A DNA stretch of 64,000 bases from Gammaproteobacteria bacterium (GTDB lineage: Bacteria; Pseudomonadota; Gammaproteobacteria; G965277405): positions 576,001-640,000 of the forward strand of contig OZ255726.1 of NCBI GenBank assembly GCA_965277405.1, given 5' to 3'. A program made the position numbers and the translations under genes. Below the pieces are notes generated by a model. The model was not told the origin of the DNA. It worked only from the letters and a program-made list of their open reading frames with translations, and searched no databases. Below, in pieces: positions 32,901 to 47,900 of this stretch (positions are counted from its first letter, which is position 1; each line of letters begins with the position of its first letter).

Positions 32901-35900
32901 TAAACCATCAGGCCATGCTGCGCTATTATCCCCGCCTACTTCGCAACTTGTCACCGCACCGCCTGTGTTGCCAAAATCAACAGCTGCTATCGCTGTGTCT
33001 ATTGTGTAATGCTGCGGACTGGGACTTACTAACGCTGGGATATTATCATTCACCGTGATGGTTATCGCTGCGTTGCTAGTGCCGCCGCTATTCGTCGCGG
33101 TGATGGTATACGTTATCGGTTCTTCTTGCAGTACGGTTGGAGTGCCTGTTAGCTGACAAGTTGCTGGATCTGCTATGGTGGCAAGCTGCAAACCACCAAC
33201 TAGCGGCGGTACAACGCCACAGCTTGTCACCGCACCGCCTGTGTTGCCAAAATCAACAGCTGCTATCGCTGTGTTGATGGTGTATATCCGCGGGCTTGGA
33301 TTTACTAGCTCTGGGATATTATCGTTCACCGTGATGCTGATATCTGCGCTGCTAGTGCCGCCGCTATTCGTCGCGGTGATGGTATACGTTATCGGTTCTT
33401 CTTGCAGTGTGGTTGGTATTCCTGTTAGCTGACAAGTTGCTGGATCTGCTATGGTGGCAAGCTGCAAACCACCAACTAGCGGCGGTACAACGCCACAGCT
33501 TGTTACCGCACCGCCTGTGTTGCCAAAATCAACAGCTGCTATCGGCGTGTTGATGGTGTATATCCGCGGGCTTGGATTTACTAGCTCTGGAATATTATCG
33601 TTCACCGTGATGGTTATCGCTGCGTTGCTAGTGCCGCCGCTATTCGTCGCTGTTATTGTATGTGTTATCGGATCTTCTTGCAGTACGGTTGGAGTGCCTG
33701 TTAGCTGACAAGTTGCTGGATCTGCTATGGTGGCAAGCTGCAAACCACTAGGTAGCGGTGTTGAAACATCACAGCTTGTCACGCCACCGCCTGTGTTGCC
33801 AAAATCAACAGTTGGTATCACTGTGTTGATGGTGAATGACTGCGGGCTGGGGCTGACTAGCTCTGGGATATTATCGTTCACCGTGATGCTGATAGCTGCG
33901 CTGCTAGTGCCGCCGCTATTCGTCGCGGTGATGGTATACGTTATAGCGTCTTCTTGCAGCGTGGTTGGTATTCCTGTTAGCTGACAAGTTGCTGGATCTG
34001 CTATGTTGACAAGCTGCAAACCACCAATTAGCTGTGGAGCAACATCACAGCTTGTCACCGCACCGCCTGCGTTGCCAAAATCAACAGCTGCTATCGGCGT
34101 GTTGATGGTGTATATCCGCGGGCTTGGATTTACTAGCTCTGGAATATTATCGTTCACCGTGATGGTTATCACTGCGTTGCTAGTGCCGCCGCTATTCGTC
34201 GCTGTTATTGTATACGTTATCGGTTCTTCTTGCAGTGCGGTTGGCGTACCTGTTAGCTGACAAGTTGCTGGATCTGCTATGGTGGCAAGCTGCAAACCAC
34301 TAGGTAGCGGTGCTGAAACATCACAGCTTGTTACCGCACCGCCTGCGTTGCCAAAATCAACAGCTGCTATCGGTGTGTTGATGGTGTATATCCGCGGGCT
34401 GGGGCTGACTAGCTCTGGGATATTATCGTTCACCGTGATGCTGATATCTGCGCGGCTAGTGCCGCCGCTATTCGTCGCGGTGATGGTATACGTTATAGCG
34501 TCTTCTTGCAGTGTGGTTGGAGTTCCTGTTAGTTGACAAGTTGCTGGATCTGCTATGGTGGCAAGCTGCAAACCACTAGGTAGCGGTGTTGAAACATCAC
34601 AGCTTGTTACCGCACCGCCTGTGTTGCCAAAATCAACAGCTGCTATCGGCGTGTTGATGGTGTATATCCGCGGGCTTGGGGTTGCTAGCGCTGGGATATT
34701 ATCGTTCACCGTGATGCTGATATCGGCGCTGCTAGTGCCGCCGCTATTCGACGCTGTTATTGTATACGTTGCCTCTTCTTCATGCAGTGCGGTTGGGGTT
34801 CCTGTTATCTGGCAACTAGCTCCGTCTGTCGTTTTCTTAAGTGTTAAACCATCAGGCCATGCTGCGCTATTATCCCCGCCTACTTCGCAACTTGTCACCG
34901 CACCACCTGTGTTGCCAAAATCAACAGCTGCTATCGCTGTGTTGATGGTGTATATCCGCGGGCTTGGATTTACTAGCTCTGGGATATTATCGTTCACCGT
35001 GATGCTGATATCTGCGCTGCTAGTGCCGCCGCTATTCGTCGCGGTGATGGTATACGTTATCGGTTCTTCTTGCAGTGCGGTTGGTATTCCTGTTAGCTGA
35101 CAAGTTGCTGGATCTGCTACGGTGGCAAGCTGCAAACCACCAACTAGCTGTGGCGCAACATCACAGCTTGTTACCGCTCCGCCTGTGTTGCCAAAATCAA
35201 CAGCTGCTATCGGCGTGTTGATGGTGTATATCCGCGGGCTGGGGGTTGCTAGCGCTGGGATATTATCGTTCACCGTGATGCTGATATCGGCGCTGCTAGT
35301 GCCGCCGCTATTCGTCGCTGTTATTGTATACGTTGCCTCTTCTTCATGCAGTGCGGTTGGGGTTCCTGTTAGCTGGCAACTAGCTCCGTCTGGCGTTTTC
35401 TTAAGTGTTAAACCATCAGGCCATGCTGCGCTATTATCCCCGCCTACTTCGCAACTTGTCACCGCACCGCCTGTGTTGCCAAAATCAACAGCTGCTATCG
35501 CTGTGTCTATTGTGTAATGCTGCGGACTGGGACTTACTAACGCTGGGATATTATCATTCACCGTGATGCTGATAGCTGCGCTGCTAGTGCCGCCGCTATT
35601 CGACGCTGTGATTGTATACGTTGCCTCTTCTTCATGCAGTGCGGTTGGGGTTCCTGTTATTTGGCAACTAGCTCCGTCTGGCGTTTTCTTAAGTGTTAAA
35701 CCATCAGGCCATGCTGCGCTATTATCCCCGCCTACTTCGCAGCTTGTCACCGCACCACCTGTGTTGCCAAAATCAACAGCTGCTATCGCTGTGTTGATGG
35801 TGTATATCCGCGGGCTTGGATTTACTAGCTCTGGGATATTATCGTTCACCGTGATGCTGATATCTGCGCTGCTAGTGCCGCCGCTATTCGTCGCGGTGAT

Positions 35901-38900
35901 GGTATACGTTATCGGTTCTTCTTGCAGTGCGGTTGGTATTCCTGTTAGCTGACAAGTTGCTGGATCTGCTACGGTGGCAAGCTGCAAACCACCAACTAGC
36001 TGTGGCGCAACATCACAGCTTGTTACCGCTCCGCCTGTGTTGCCAAAATCAACAGCTGCTATCGGCGTGTTGATGGTGTATATCCGCGGGCTTGGATTTA
36101 CTAGCTCTGGAATATTATCGTTCACCGTGATGGTTATCGCTGCGTTGCTAGTGCCGCCGCTATTCGTCGCTGTTATTGTATACGTTATCGGTTCTTCTTG
36201 CAGTGTGGTTGGTATTCCTGTTAGCTGACAAGTTGCTGGATCTGCTATGTTGACAAGCTGCAAACCACCAACTAGCGGCGGTACAACACCACAACTTGTT
36301 ACCGCACCGCCTGTGTTGCCAAAATCAACAGCTGCTATCGGCGTGTTGATGGTGTATATCCGCGGGCTTGGATTTACTAGCGCTGGGATATTATCGTTCA
36401 CCGTGATGCTGATAGCTGCGCGGCTAGTGCCGCCGCTATTCGTCGCGGTGATGGTATACGTTATAGCGTCTTCTTGCAGGGTGGTTGGTATTCCTGTTAG
36501 CTGACAAGTTGCTGGATCTGCTATGGTGGCAAGCTGCAAACCACCAATTAGCTGTGGCGCAACATCACAGCTTGTCACCGCACCGCCTGTGTTGCCAAAA
36601 TCAACAGCTGCTATCGGCGTGTTGATGGTGTATATCCGCGGGCTTGGATTTACTAGCGCTGGGATATTATCGTTCACCGTGATGCTGATAGCTGCGCGGC
36701 TAGTGCCGCCGCTATTCGTCGCGGTGATGGTATACGTTATAGCGTCTTCTTGCAGGGTGGTTGGTATTCCTGTTAGCTGACAAGTTGCTGGATCTGCTAT
36801 GGTGGCAAGCTGCAAACCACCAATTAGCTGTGGCGCAACATCACAGCTTGTCACCGCACCGCCTGTGTTGCCAAAATCAACAGCTGCTATCGGCGTGTTG
36901 ATGGTGTATATCCGCGGGCTGGGGGTTGCTAGCTCTGGGATATTATCGTTCACCGTGATGCTGATATCGGCGCTGCTAGTGCCGCCGCTATTCGTCGCTG
37001 TGATGGTATACGTTGCCTCTTCTTCATGCAGTGCGGTTGGGGTTCCTGTTAGCTGGCAACTAGCTCCGTCTGGCGTTTTCTTAAGTGTTAAACCATCAGG
37101 CCATGCTGCGCTATTATCCCCGCCTACTTCGCAACTTGTCACCGCACCGCCTGCGTTGCCAAAATCAACAGCTGCTATCGGCGTGTTGATGGTGTATATC
37201 CGCGGGCTGGGGCTGACTAGCTCTGGGATATTATCGTTCACCGTGATGCTGATAGCTGCGCGGCTAGTGCCGCCGCTATTCGTCGCGGTGATGGTATACG
37301 TTATAGCGTCTTCTTGCAGGGTGGTTGGTATTCCTGTTAGCTGACAAGTTGCTGGATCTGCTATGTTGACAAGCTGCAAACCACCAACTAGCGGCGGTAC
37401 AACACCACAACTTGTTACCGCACCGCCTGCGTTGCCAAAATCAACAGCTGCTATCGGCGTGTTGATGGTGTATATCCGCGGGCTTGGGGTTGCTAGCGCT
37501 GGGATATTATCGTTCACCGTGATGCTGATATCTGCGCTGCTATCGCCGCCGCTATTCGTCGCGGTGATGGTATACGTTATCGGTTCTTCTTGCAGTACGG
37601 TTGGAGTACCTGTTAGCTGACAAGTTGCTGGATCTGCTATGGTGGCAAGCTGCAAGTCACTAGGTAGCGGTGCTGAAACGCCACAGCTTGTTACCGCACC
37701 GCCTGCGTTGCCAAAATCAACAGCTGCTATCGGCGTGTTGATGGTGTATATCCGCGGGCTTGGGGTTGCTAGCGCTGGGATATTATCGTTCACCGTGATG
37801 CTGATATCTGCGCTGCTAGTGCCGCCGCTATTCGTCGCGGTGATGGTATACGTTATAGCGTCTTCTTGCAGCGTGGTTGGTATTCCTGTTAGCTGACAAG
37901 TTGCTGGATCTGCTATGGTGGCAAGCTGCAAACCACCAACTAGCGGCGGTACAACGCCACAGCTTGTTACCGCACCGCCTGTGTTGCCAAAATCAACAGC
38001 TGCTATCGGCGTGTTGATGGTGTATATCCGCGGGCTTGGATTTACTAGCGCTGGGATATTATCGTTCACCGTGATGCTGATATCTGCGCTGCTAGTGCCG
38101 CCGCTATTCGACGCTGTGATTGTATACGTTGCCTCTTCTTCATGCAGTGCGGTTGGGGTTCCTGTTATCTGGCAACTAGCTCCGTCTGTCGTTTTCTTAA
38201 GTGTTAAACCATCAGGCCATGCTGCGCTATTATCCCCGCCTACTTCGCAACTTGTCACCGCACCACCTGTGTTGCCAAAATCAACAGCTGCTATCGCTGT
38301 GTCTATTGTGTAATGCTGCGGACTGGGACTTACTAACGCTGGGATATTATCATTCACCGTGATGCTGATAGCTGCGCTGCTAGTGCCGCCGCTATTCGAC
38401 GCTGTGATTGTATACGTTGCCTCTTCTTCATGCAGTGCGGTTGGGGTTCCTGTTATTTGGCAACTAGCTCCGTCTGGCGTTTTCTTAAGTGTTAAACCAT
38501 CAGGCCATGCTGCGCTATTATCCCCGCCTACTTCGCAACTTGTCACCGCACCACCTGTGTTGCTAAAGTTCACAGTTGGTATCGCTGTGTCTATTGTGTA
38601 ATGCTGCGGACTGGGACTTACTAACGCTGGGATATTATCGTTCACCGTGATGCTGATATCTGCGCTGCTAGTGCCGCCGCTATTCGTCGCGGTGATGGTA
38701 TACGTTGCCTCTTCTTCATGCAGTGCGGTTGGCGTTCCTGTTATTTGGCAACTAGCTCCGTCTGGCGTTTTCTTAAGTGTTAAACCATCAGGCCATGCTG
38801 CGCTATTATCCCCGCCTACTTCGCAGCTTGTCACCGCACCGCCTGTGTTGCTAAAGTTCACAGTTGGTATCGCTGTGTCTATTGTGTAATGCTGCGGGCT

Positions 38901-41900
38901 GGGGGTTGCTAGCTCTGGGATATTATCGTTCACCGTGATGCTGATATCGGCGCTGCTAGTGCCGCCGCTATTCGACGCTGTTATTGTATACGTTGCCTCT
39001 TCTTCATGCAGTGCGGTTGGGGTTCCTGTTATCTGGCAACTAGCTCCGTCTGGCGTTTTCTTAAGTGTTAAACCATCAGGCCATGCTGCGCTATTATCCC
39101 CGCCTACTTCGCAACTTGTCACCGCACCGCCTGTGTTGCTAAAGTTCACAGTTGGTATCGCTGTGTCTATTGTGTAATGCTGCGGACTGGGACTTACTAA
39201 CGCTGGGATATTATCGTTCACCGTGATGCTGATAGCTGCGCGGCTAGTGCCGCCGCTATTCGACGCTGTGATTGTATACGTTGCCTCTTCTTCATGCAGT
39301 GCGGTTGGGGTTCCTGTTATCTGGCAGCTAGCTCCGGCTGTCGTTTTCTTAAGTGTTAAACCATCAGGCCATGCTGCGCTATTATCCCCGCCTACTTCGC
39401 AGCTTGTCACCGCACCACCTGTGTTGCCAAAATCAACAGCTGCTATCGGCGTGTTGATGGTGTATATCCGCGGGCTTGGATTTACTAGCGCTGGGATATT
39501 ATCGTTCACCGTGATGCTGATATCTGCGCTGCTAGTGCCGCCGCTATTCGACGCTGTGATTGTATACGTTGCCTCTTCTTCATGCAGTGCGGTTGGGGTT
39601 CCTGTTATTTGGCAACTAGCTCCGTCTGGCGTTTTCTTAAGTGTTAAACCATCAGGCCATGCTGCGCTATTATCCCCGACTACTTCGCAACTTGTCACCG
39701 CACCGCCTGTGTTGCCAAAATCAACAGCTGCTATCGGCGTGTTGATGGTGTATATCCGCGGGCTTGGATTTACTAGCGCTGGGATATTATCGTTCACCGT
39801 GATGCTGATATCTGCGCTGCTAGTGCCGCCGCTATTCGTCGCGGTGATGGTATACGTTATCGGTTCTTCTTGCAGTACGGTTGGAGTGCCTGTTAGCTGA
39901 CAAGTTGCTGGATCTGCTATGGTGGCAAGCTGCAAGTCACTAGGTAGCGGTGTTGAAACATCACAGCTGGTTACCGCTCCGCCTGTGTTGCCAAAATCAA
40001 CAGCTGCTATCGGCGTGTTGATGGTGTATATCCGCGGGCTTGGGGTTGCTAGCGCTGGGATATTATCGTTCACCGTGATGCTGATAGCTGCGCGGCTAGT
40101 GCCGCCGCTATTCGTCGCGGTGATGGTATACGTTATCGGATCTTCTTGCAGTACGGTTGGCGTACCAGTTAGCTGACAAGTTGCTGGATCTGCTATGGTG
40201 GCAAGCTGCAAACCACTAGGTAGCGGTGCTGAAACATCACAGCTTGTTACCGCACCGCCTGTGTTGCCAAAATCAACAGCTGCTATCGGTGTGTTGATGG
40301 TGTATATCCGCGGGCTTGGGGTTGCTAGCTCTGGGATATTATCGTTCACCGTGATGCTGATATCTGCGCTGCTAGTGCCGCCGCTATTCGTCGCGGTGAT
40401 GGTATACGTTATAGCGTCTTCTTGCAGTACGGTTGGAGTGCCTGTTAGCTGACAAGTTGCTGGATCTGCTATGGTGGCAAGCTGCAAACCACCAACTAGC
40501 GGCGGTACAACGCCACAGCTGGTTACCGCACCGCCTGCGTTGCCAAAATCAACAGCTGCTATCGCTGTGTCTATTGTGTAATGCTGCGGGCTTGGGCTGA
40601 CTAGCTCTGGGATATTATCGTTCACCGTGATGCTGATATCTGCGCTGCTAGTGCCGCCGCTATTGAATCCAGTCACCGTATAGGTGGTTGCAACTTGCAG
40701 TGCCGTTGGCATACCTGTTAGCTGACAAGTTGCTGTATCATCTACTATGGTGGCAACTGCCAGCTGCAAACCACCAATTAGCTGTGGAGCAACATCACAG
40801 CTTGTCACCGCACCGCCTGCGTTGCCAAAATCAACAGCTGCTATCGGCGTGTTGATGGTGTATATCCGCGGGCTTGGATTTACTAGCTCTGGAATATTAT
40901 CGTTCACCGTGATGGTTATCGCTGCGTTGCTAGTGCCGCCGCTATTCGTCGCTGTTATTGTATACGTTATCGGTTCTTCTTGCAGTGCGGTTGGCGTACC
41001 TGTTAGCTGACAAGTTGCTGGATCTGCTATGGTGGCAAGCTGCAAACCACTAGGTAGCGGTGCTGAAACATCACAGCTTGTTACCGCACCGCCTGCGTTG
41101 CCAAAATCAACAGCTGCTATCGGTGTGTTGATGGTGTATATCCGCGGGCTGGGGCTGACTAGCTCTGGGATATTATCGTTCACCGTGATGCTGATAGCTG
41201 CGCTGCTAGTGCCGCCGCTATTCGACGCTGTGATTGTATACGTTGCCTCTTCTTCATGCAGTGCGGTTGGGGTTCCTGTTATTTGGCAACTAGCTCCGTC
41301 TGGCGTTTTCTTAAGTGTTAAACCATCAGGCCATGCTGCGCTATTATCCCCGCCTACTTCGCAACTTGTCACCGCACCACCTGTGTTGCTAAAGTTCACA
41401 GTTGGTATCGCTGTGTCTATTGTGTAATGCTGCGGACTGGGACTTACTAACGCTGGGATATTATCGTTCACCGTGATGCTGATATCTGCGCTGCTAGTGC
41501 CGCCGCTATTCGTCGCGGTGATGGTATACGTTGCCTCTTCTTCATGCAGTACGGTTGGCGTTCCTGTTATTTGGCAACTAGCTCCGTCTGGCGTTTTCTT
41601 AAGTGTTAAACCATCAGGCCATGCTGCGCTATTATCCCCGCCTACTTCGCAGCTTGTCACCGCACCGCCTGTGTTGCTAAAGTTCACAGTTGGTATCGCT
41701 GTGTCTATTGTGTAATGCTGCGGGCTGGGGGTTGCTAGCTCTGGGATATTATCGTTCACCGTGATGCTGATATCGGCGCTGCTAGTGCCGCCGCTATTCG
41801 ACGCTGTTATTGTATACGTTGCCTCTTCTTCATGCAGTGCGGTTGGGGTTCCTGTTATCTGGCAACTAGCTCCGTCTGGCGTTTTCTTAAGTGTTAAACC

Positions 41901-44900
41901 ATCAGGCCATGCTGCGCTATTATCCCCGCCTACTTCGCAACTTGTCACCGCACCGCCTGTGTTGCTAAAGTTCACAGTTGGTATCGCTGTGTCTATTGTG
42001 TAATGCTGCGGACTGGGACTTACTAACGCTGGGATATTATCGTTCACCGTGATGCTGATAGCTGCGCGGCTAGTGCCGCCGCTATTCGACGCTGTGATTG
42101 TATACGTTGCCTCTTCTTCATGCAGTGCGGTTGGGGTTCCTGTTATCTGGCAGCTAGCTCCGGCTGTCGTTTTCTTAAGTGTTAAACCATCAGGCCATGC
42201 TGCGCTATTATCCCCGCCTACTTCGCAGCTTGTCACCGCACCACCTGTGTTGCCAAAATCAACAGCTGCTATCGGCGTGTTGATGGTGTATATCCGCGGG
42301 CTTGGATTTACTAGCGCTGGGATATTATCGTTCACCGTGATGCTGATATCTGCGCTGCTAGTGCCGCCGCTATTCGACGCTGTGATTGTATACGTTGCCT
42401 CTTCTTCATGCAGTGCGGTTGGGGTTCCTGTTATTTGGCAACTAGCTCCGTCTGGCGTTTTCTTAAGTGTTAAACCATCAGGCCATGCTGCGCTATTATC
42501 CCCGACTACTTCGCAACTTGTCACCGCACCGCCTGCGTTGCCAAAATCAACAGCTGCTATCGGCGTGTTGATGGTGTATATCCGCGGGCTTGGATTTACT
42601 AGCTCTGGGATATTATCGTTCACCGTGATGCTGATATCTGCGCTGCTAGTGCCGCCGCTATTCGTCGCGGTGATGGTATACGTTATCGGATCTTCTTGCA
42701 GTACGATTGGAGTGCCTGTTAGCTGACAAGTTGCTGGATCTGCTATGGTGGCAAGCTGCAAACCACCAACTAGCGGCGGTACAACACCACAGCTTGTTAC
42801 CGCACCGCCTGCGTTGCCAAAATCAACAGCTGCTATCGGCGTGTTGATGGTGTATATACGCGGGCTTGGATTTGCTAGCGCTGGGATATTATCGTTCACC
42901 GTGATGCTGATATCTGCGCTGCTATCGCCGCCGCTATTCGTCGCGGTGATGGTATACGTTATCGGTTCATCTTGCAGGGCGGTTGGGGTTCCTGTTATCT
43001 GGCAACTAGCTCCGTCTGGCGTTTTTTTAAGTGTTAAACCATCAGGCCATGCTGCGCTATTATCCCCGCCTACTTCGCAACTTGTCACCGCACCGCCTGT
43101 GTTGCCAAAATCAACAGCTGCTATCGCTGTGTCTATTGTGTAATGCTGCGGACTGGGACTTACTAACGCTGGGATATTATCGTTCACCGTGATGCTGATA
43201 TCTGCGCTGCTAGTGCCGCCGCTATTCGTCGCTGTTATTGTATACGTTGTCGCGTCTTCATGCAGTGCGGTTGGGGTTCCTGTTATCTGGCAACTAGCTC
43301 CGTCTGGCGTTTTCTTAAGTGTTAAACCATCAGGCCATGCTGCGCTATTATCCCCGCCTACTTCGCAACTTGTCACCGCACCGCCTGTGTTGCTAAAGTT
43401 CACAGTTGCTATCGCTGTGTCTATTGTGTAATGCTGCGGACTGGGACTTACTAACGCTGGGATATTATCATTCACCGTGATGCTGATATCGGCGCTGCTA
43501 GTGCCGCCGCTATTCGACGCGGTGATTGTATACGTTGCCTCTTCTTCATGCAGTGCGGTTGGGGTTCCTGTTATTTGGCAACTAGCTCCGTCTGGCGTTT
43601 TTTTAAGTGTTAAACCATCAGGCCATGCTGCGCTATTATCCCCGCCTACTTCGCAACTTGTCACCGCACCGCCTGTGTTGCCAAAATCAACAGCTGCTAT
43701 CGCTGTGTCTATTGTGTAATGCTGCGGACTGGGACTTACTAACGCTGGGATATTATCGTTCACCGTGATGCTGATATCTGCGCTGCTAGTGCCGCCGCTA
43801 TTCGTCGCTGTTATTGTATACGTTGTCGCGTCTTCATGCAGTGCGGTTGGGGTTCCTGTTATCTGGCAACTAGCTCCGTCTGGCGTTTTCTTAAGTGTTA
43901 AACCATCAGGCCATGCTGCGCTATTATCCCCGCCTACTTCGCAACTTGTCACCGCACCGCCTGTGTTGCTAAAGTTCACAGTTGCTATCGCTGTGTCTAT
44001 TGTGTAATGCTGCGGGCTGGGGGTTGCTAGCGCTGGGATATTATCGTTCACCGTGATGCTGATATCTGCGCTGCTAGTGCCGCCGCTATTCGACGCTGTG
44101 ATTGTATACGTTGCCTCTTCTTCATGCAGTGCGGTTGGGGTTCCTGTTATTTGGCAACTAGCTCCGTCTGGCGTTTTCTTAAGTGTTAAACCATCAGGCC
44201 ATGCTGCGCTATTATCCCCGACTACTTCGCAACTTGTCACCGCACCGCCTGTGTTGCCAAAATCAACAGCTGCTATCGGCGTGTTGATGGTGTATATCCG
44301 CGGGCTGGGGGTTGCTAGCGCTGGGATATTATCGTTCACCGTGATGCTGATAGCTGCGCTGCTAGTGCCGCCGCTATTCGTCGCTGTTATTGTATACGTT
44401 ATCGGGTCTTCTTGCAGGGTGGTTGGCGTACCTGTTAGCTGACAAGTTGCTGGATCTGCTATGGTGGCAAGCTGCAAACCACCAACTAGCGGCGGTACAA
44501 CGCCACAGCTTGTTACCGCACCGCCTGCGTTGCCAAAATCAACAGCTGCTATCGGCGTGTTGATGGTGTATATCCGCGGGCTTGGATTTACTAGCGCTGG
44601 GATATTATCGTTCACCGTGATGCTGATAGCTGCGCGGCTAGTGCCGCCGCTATTCGTCGCGGTGATGGTATACGTTATCGGATCTTCTTGCAGTACGGTT
44701 GGCGTACCTGTTAGCTGACAAGTTGCTGGATCTGCTATGGTGGCAAGCTGCAAACCACTAGGTAGCGGTGCTGAAACATCACAGCTTGTTACCGCACCGC
44801 CTGTGTTGCCAAAATCAACAGCTGCTATCGCTGTGTTGATGGTGTATATCCGCGGGCTTGGGGTTGCTAGCTCTGGGATATTATCGTTCACCGTGATGCT

Positions 44901-47900
44901 GATAGCTGCGCGGCTAGTGCCGCCGCTATTCGTCGCGGTGATGGTATACGTTATAGCGTCTTCTTGCAGTGTGGTTGGTATTCCTGTTAGCTGACAAGTT
45001 GCTGGATCTGCTATGGTGGCAAGCTGCAAACCACCAACTAGCGGCGGTACAACGCCACAGCTTGTTACATCCCCACCAAGATTGCCAAAATCAACAGCTG
45101 CTATCGGCGTGTTGATGGTGTATATCCGCGGGCTGGGGGTTGCTAGCGCTGGGATATTATCGTTCACCGTGATGCTGATAGCTGCGCTGCTAGTGCCGCC
45201 GCTATTCGTCGCGGTGATGGTATACGTTATAGCGTCTTCTTGCAGTGTGGTTGGTATTCCTGTTAGCTGACAAGTTGCTGGATCTGCTATGGTGGCAAGC
45301 TGCAAACCACCAACTAGCGGTGGTGCAACACCACAGCTTGTTACCGCACCGCCTGTGTTGCCAAAATCAACAGCTGCTATCGGCGTGTTGATGGTGTATA
45401 TCCGCGGGTTTGGGGTTGCTAGCTCTGGGATATTATCGTTCACCGTGATGCTGATAGCTGCGCTGCTAGTGCCGCCGCTATTCGACGCTGTTATTGTATA
45501 CGTTGCCTCTTCTTCATGCAGTGCGGTTGGGGTTCCTGTTATCTGGCAACTAGCTCCGTCTGGCGTTTTCTTAAGTGTTAAACCATCAGGCCATGCTGCG
45601 CTATTATCCCCGCCTACTTCGCAGCTTGTCACCGCACCGCCTGTGTTGCCAAAATCAACAGCTGCTATCGGCGTGTTGATGGTGTATATCCGCGGGCTGG
45701 AGGTTGCTAGCTCTGGGATATTATCGTTCACCGTGATGCTGATATCTGCGCTGCTAGTGCCGCCGCTATTCGACGCTGTGATTGTATACGTTATCGGTTC
45801 TTCTTGCAGGGCGGTTGGCGTACCTGTTAGCTGACAAGTTGCTGGATCTGCTATGGTGGCAAGCTGCAAACCACTAGGTAGCGGTGCTGAAACATCACAG
45901 CTTGTTACCGCACCGCCTGCGTTGCCAAAATCAACAGCTGCTATCGGCGTGTTGATGGTGTATATCCGCGGGCTTGGATTTACTAACTCTGGGATATTAT
46001 CGTTCACCGTGATGCTGATATCTGCGCTGCTAGTGCCGCCGCTATTAGACGCTGTTATTGTATACGTTATAGCGTCTTCTTGCAGGGTGGTTGGTATTCC
46101 TGTTAGCTGACAAGTTGCTGGATCTGCTATGGTGGCAAGCTGCAAACCACCAACTAGCGGCGGTACAACGCCACAGCTTGTTACCGCACCACCTGTGTTG
46201 CCAAAATTCACAGCTGCTATCGCTGTGTTGATGGTGAATGGCTCCAAGATTGGGCTTGCTAACTCAGGGATATTAGCGGTCAATTCTGGACTACCACCGC
46301 TCAACTCTGGAATATCAGTATTCAATTCTGGAGTATCATAATTCAACTCTGGGATATCAGTATTCAATTCTGGGGTATCACTGTTTAATTCTGGGATATC
46401 AGCGATCAGTTCTGGGCTACCACCGCTCAACTCAGGGACATCACCGTTTAATTCTGGGATATCACCGTTCAACTCTGTGATATCACCGTTTAATTCAAGG
46501 ATATCACCGGTCAATTCTGGAATATCACCATTCAACTCTGGGGTATCATCATTCACAGTGATACTTATCGCTGCGCTACTAGCACCGCCGCTGTTGGATG
46601 CTGTCACCGTATGCGTAGTTGTAGCTTGCAACTGCGCTGCTGTTCCTATCATCAAACACGTTGCTGTATCAGCTATGATTGCAACAACAATCTGTAAACC
46701 TTCAGGTAGCTGTGGAGAAACTTCGCAGGTAACCACATCTCCGCCAATATTGCTAAAGTTCACAGCTGGTATCGCTGTGTTTATGGTGAATAGCTGATGG
46801 CTGGGACTTACTAATTCTGGGGTATCATCATTCAATTCTGGAATATGGCCGTTCAACTCTGGGGTATCATCATTCACAGTGATACTTATCTCTGCGTTAC
46901 TAGTGCCGCCGCTGTTGGATGCTGTCACCGTATGCGTAGTTGTAGCTTGCAACTGCGCTGCTGTTCCTATCATCAAACACGTTGCTGTATCAGCTATGAT
47001 TGCAACAACAATCTGTAAACCTTCAGGTAGCTGTGGAGAAACTTCGCAGGTAACCACATCCCCGCCAATATTGCTAAACTTCACAGCTGGTATCGCTGTG
47101 TTTATGGTGAATATCTGACGGCTGGGACTTACTGATTCTGTGGCATCACCATTCAACTCTGGAATATCACTGTTCAAATCTTGGGTATCATCATTCACCG
47201 TGATACTTATCTCTGCGCTGCTAGTGCCGCCGCTATTCGTCGCGGTGATGGTATACGTTATCCCATCTTCTTGCAGGGTGGTTGGCGTACCTGTTATCTG
47301 ACAAGTTGCTGTATCATCTACTATGGTGGCAACTGCCAGCTGCAAACCACCAATTAGCTGTGGAGCAACATCACAGCTTGTCACCGCACCGCCTGCGTTG
47401 CCAAAATCAACAGCTGCTATCGCTGTGTTGATGGTGTATATCCGCGGGCTTGGATTTACTAACTCTGGGATATTATCGTTCACCGTGATGCTGATATCTG
47501 CGCTGCTAGTGCCGCCGCTATTAGACGCTGTTATTGTATACGTTATAGCGTCTTCTTGCAGGGTGGTTGGTATTCCTGTTAGCTGACAAGTTGCTGGATC
47601 TGCTATGGTGGCAAGCTGCAAACCACCAACTAGCGGCGGTACAACGCCACAGCTTGTTACCGCACCGCCTGTGTTGCCAAAATTCACAGCTGCTATCGCT
47701 GTGTTGATGGTGAATGGCTCCAAGATTGGGCTTGCTAACTCAGGGATATTAGCGGTCAATTCTGGACTACCACCGCTCAACTCTGGAATATCAGTATTCA
47801 ATTCTGGGGTATCATAATTCAACTCTGGGATATCAGTATTCAATTCTGGGGTATCACTGTTTAATTCCGGGATATCAGCGATCAGTTCTGGGCTACCACC

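Noticed and set aside
23734-46260. CRISPR array or diversity-generating retroelement
   Set aside because: Units are 276-288-bp coding repeats with no unique spacers. There is no cas or reverse transcriptase gene, and variation is not adenine-specific by inspection.
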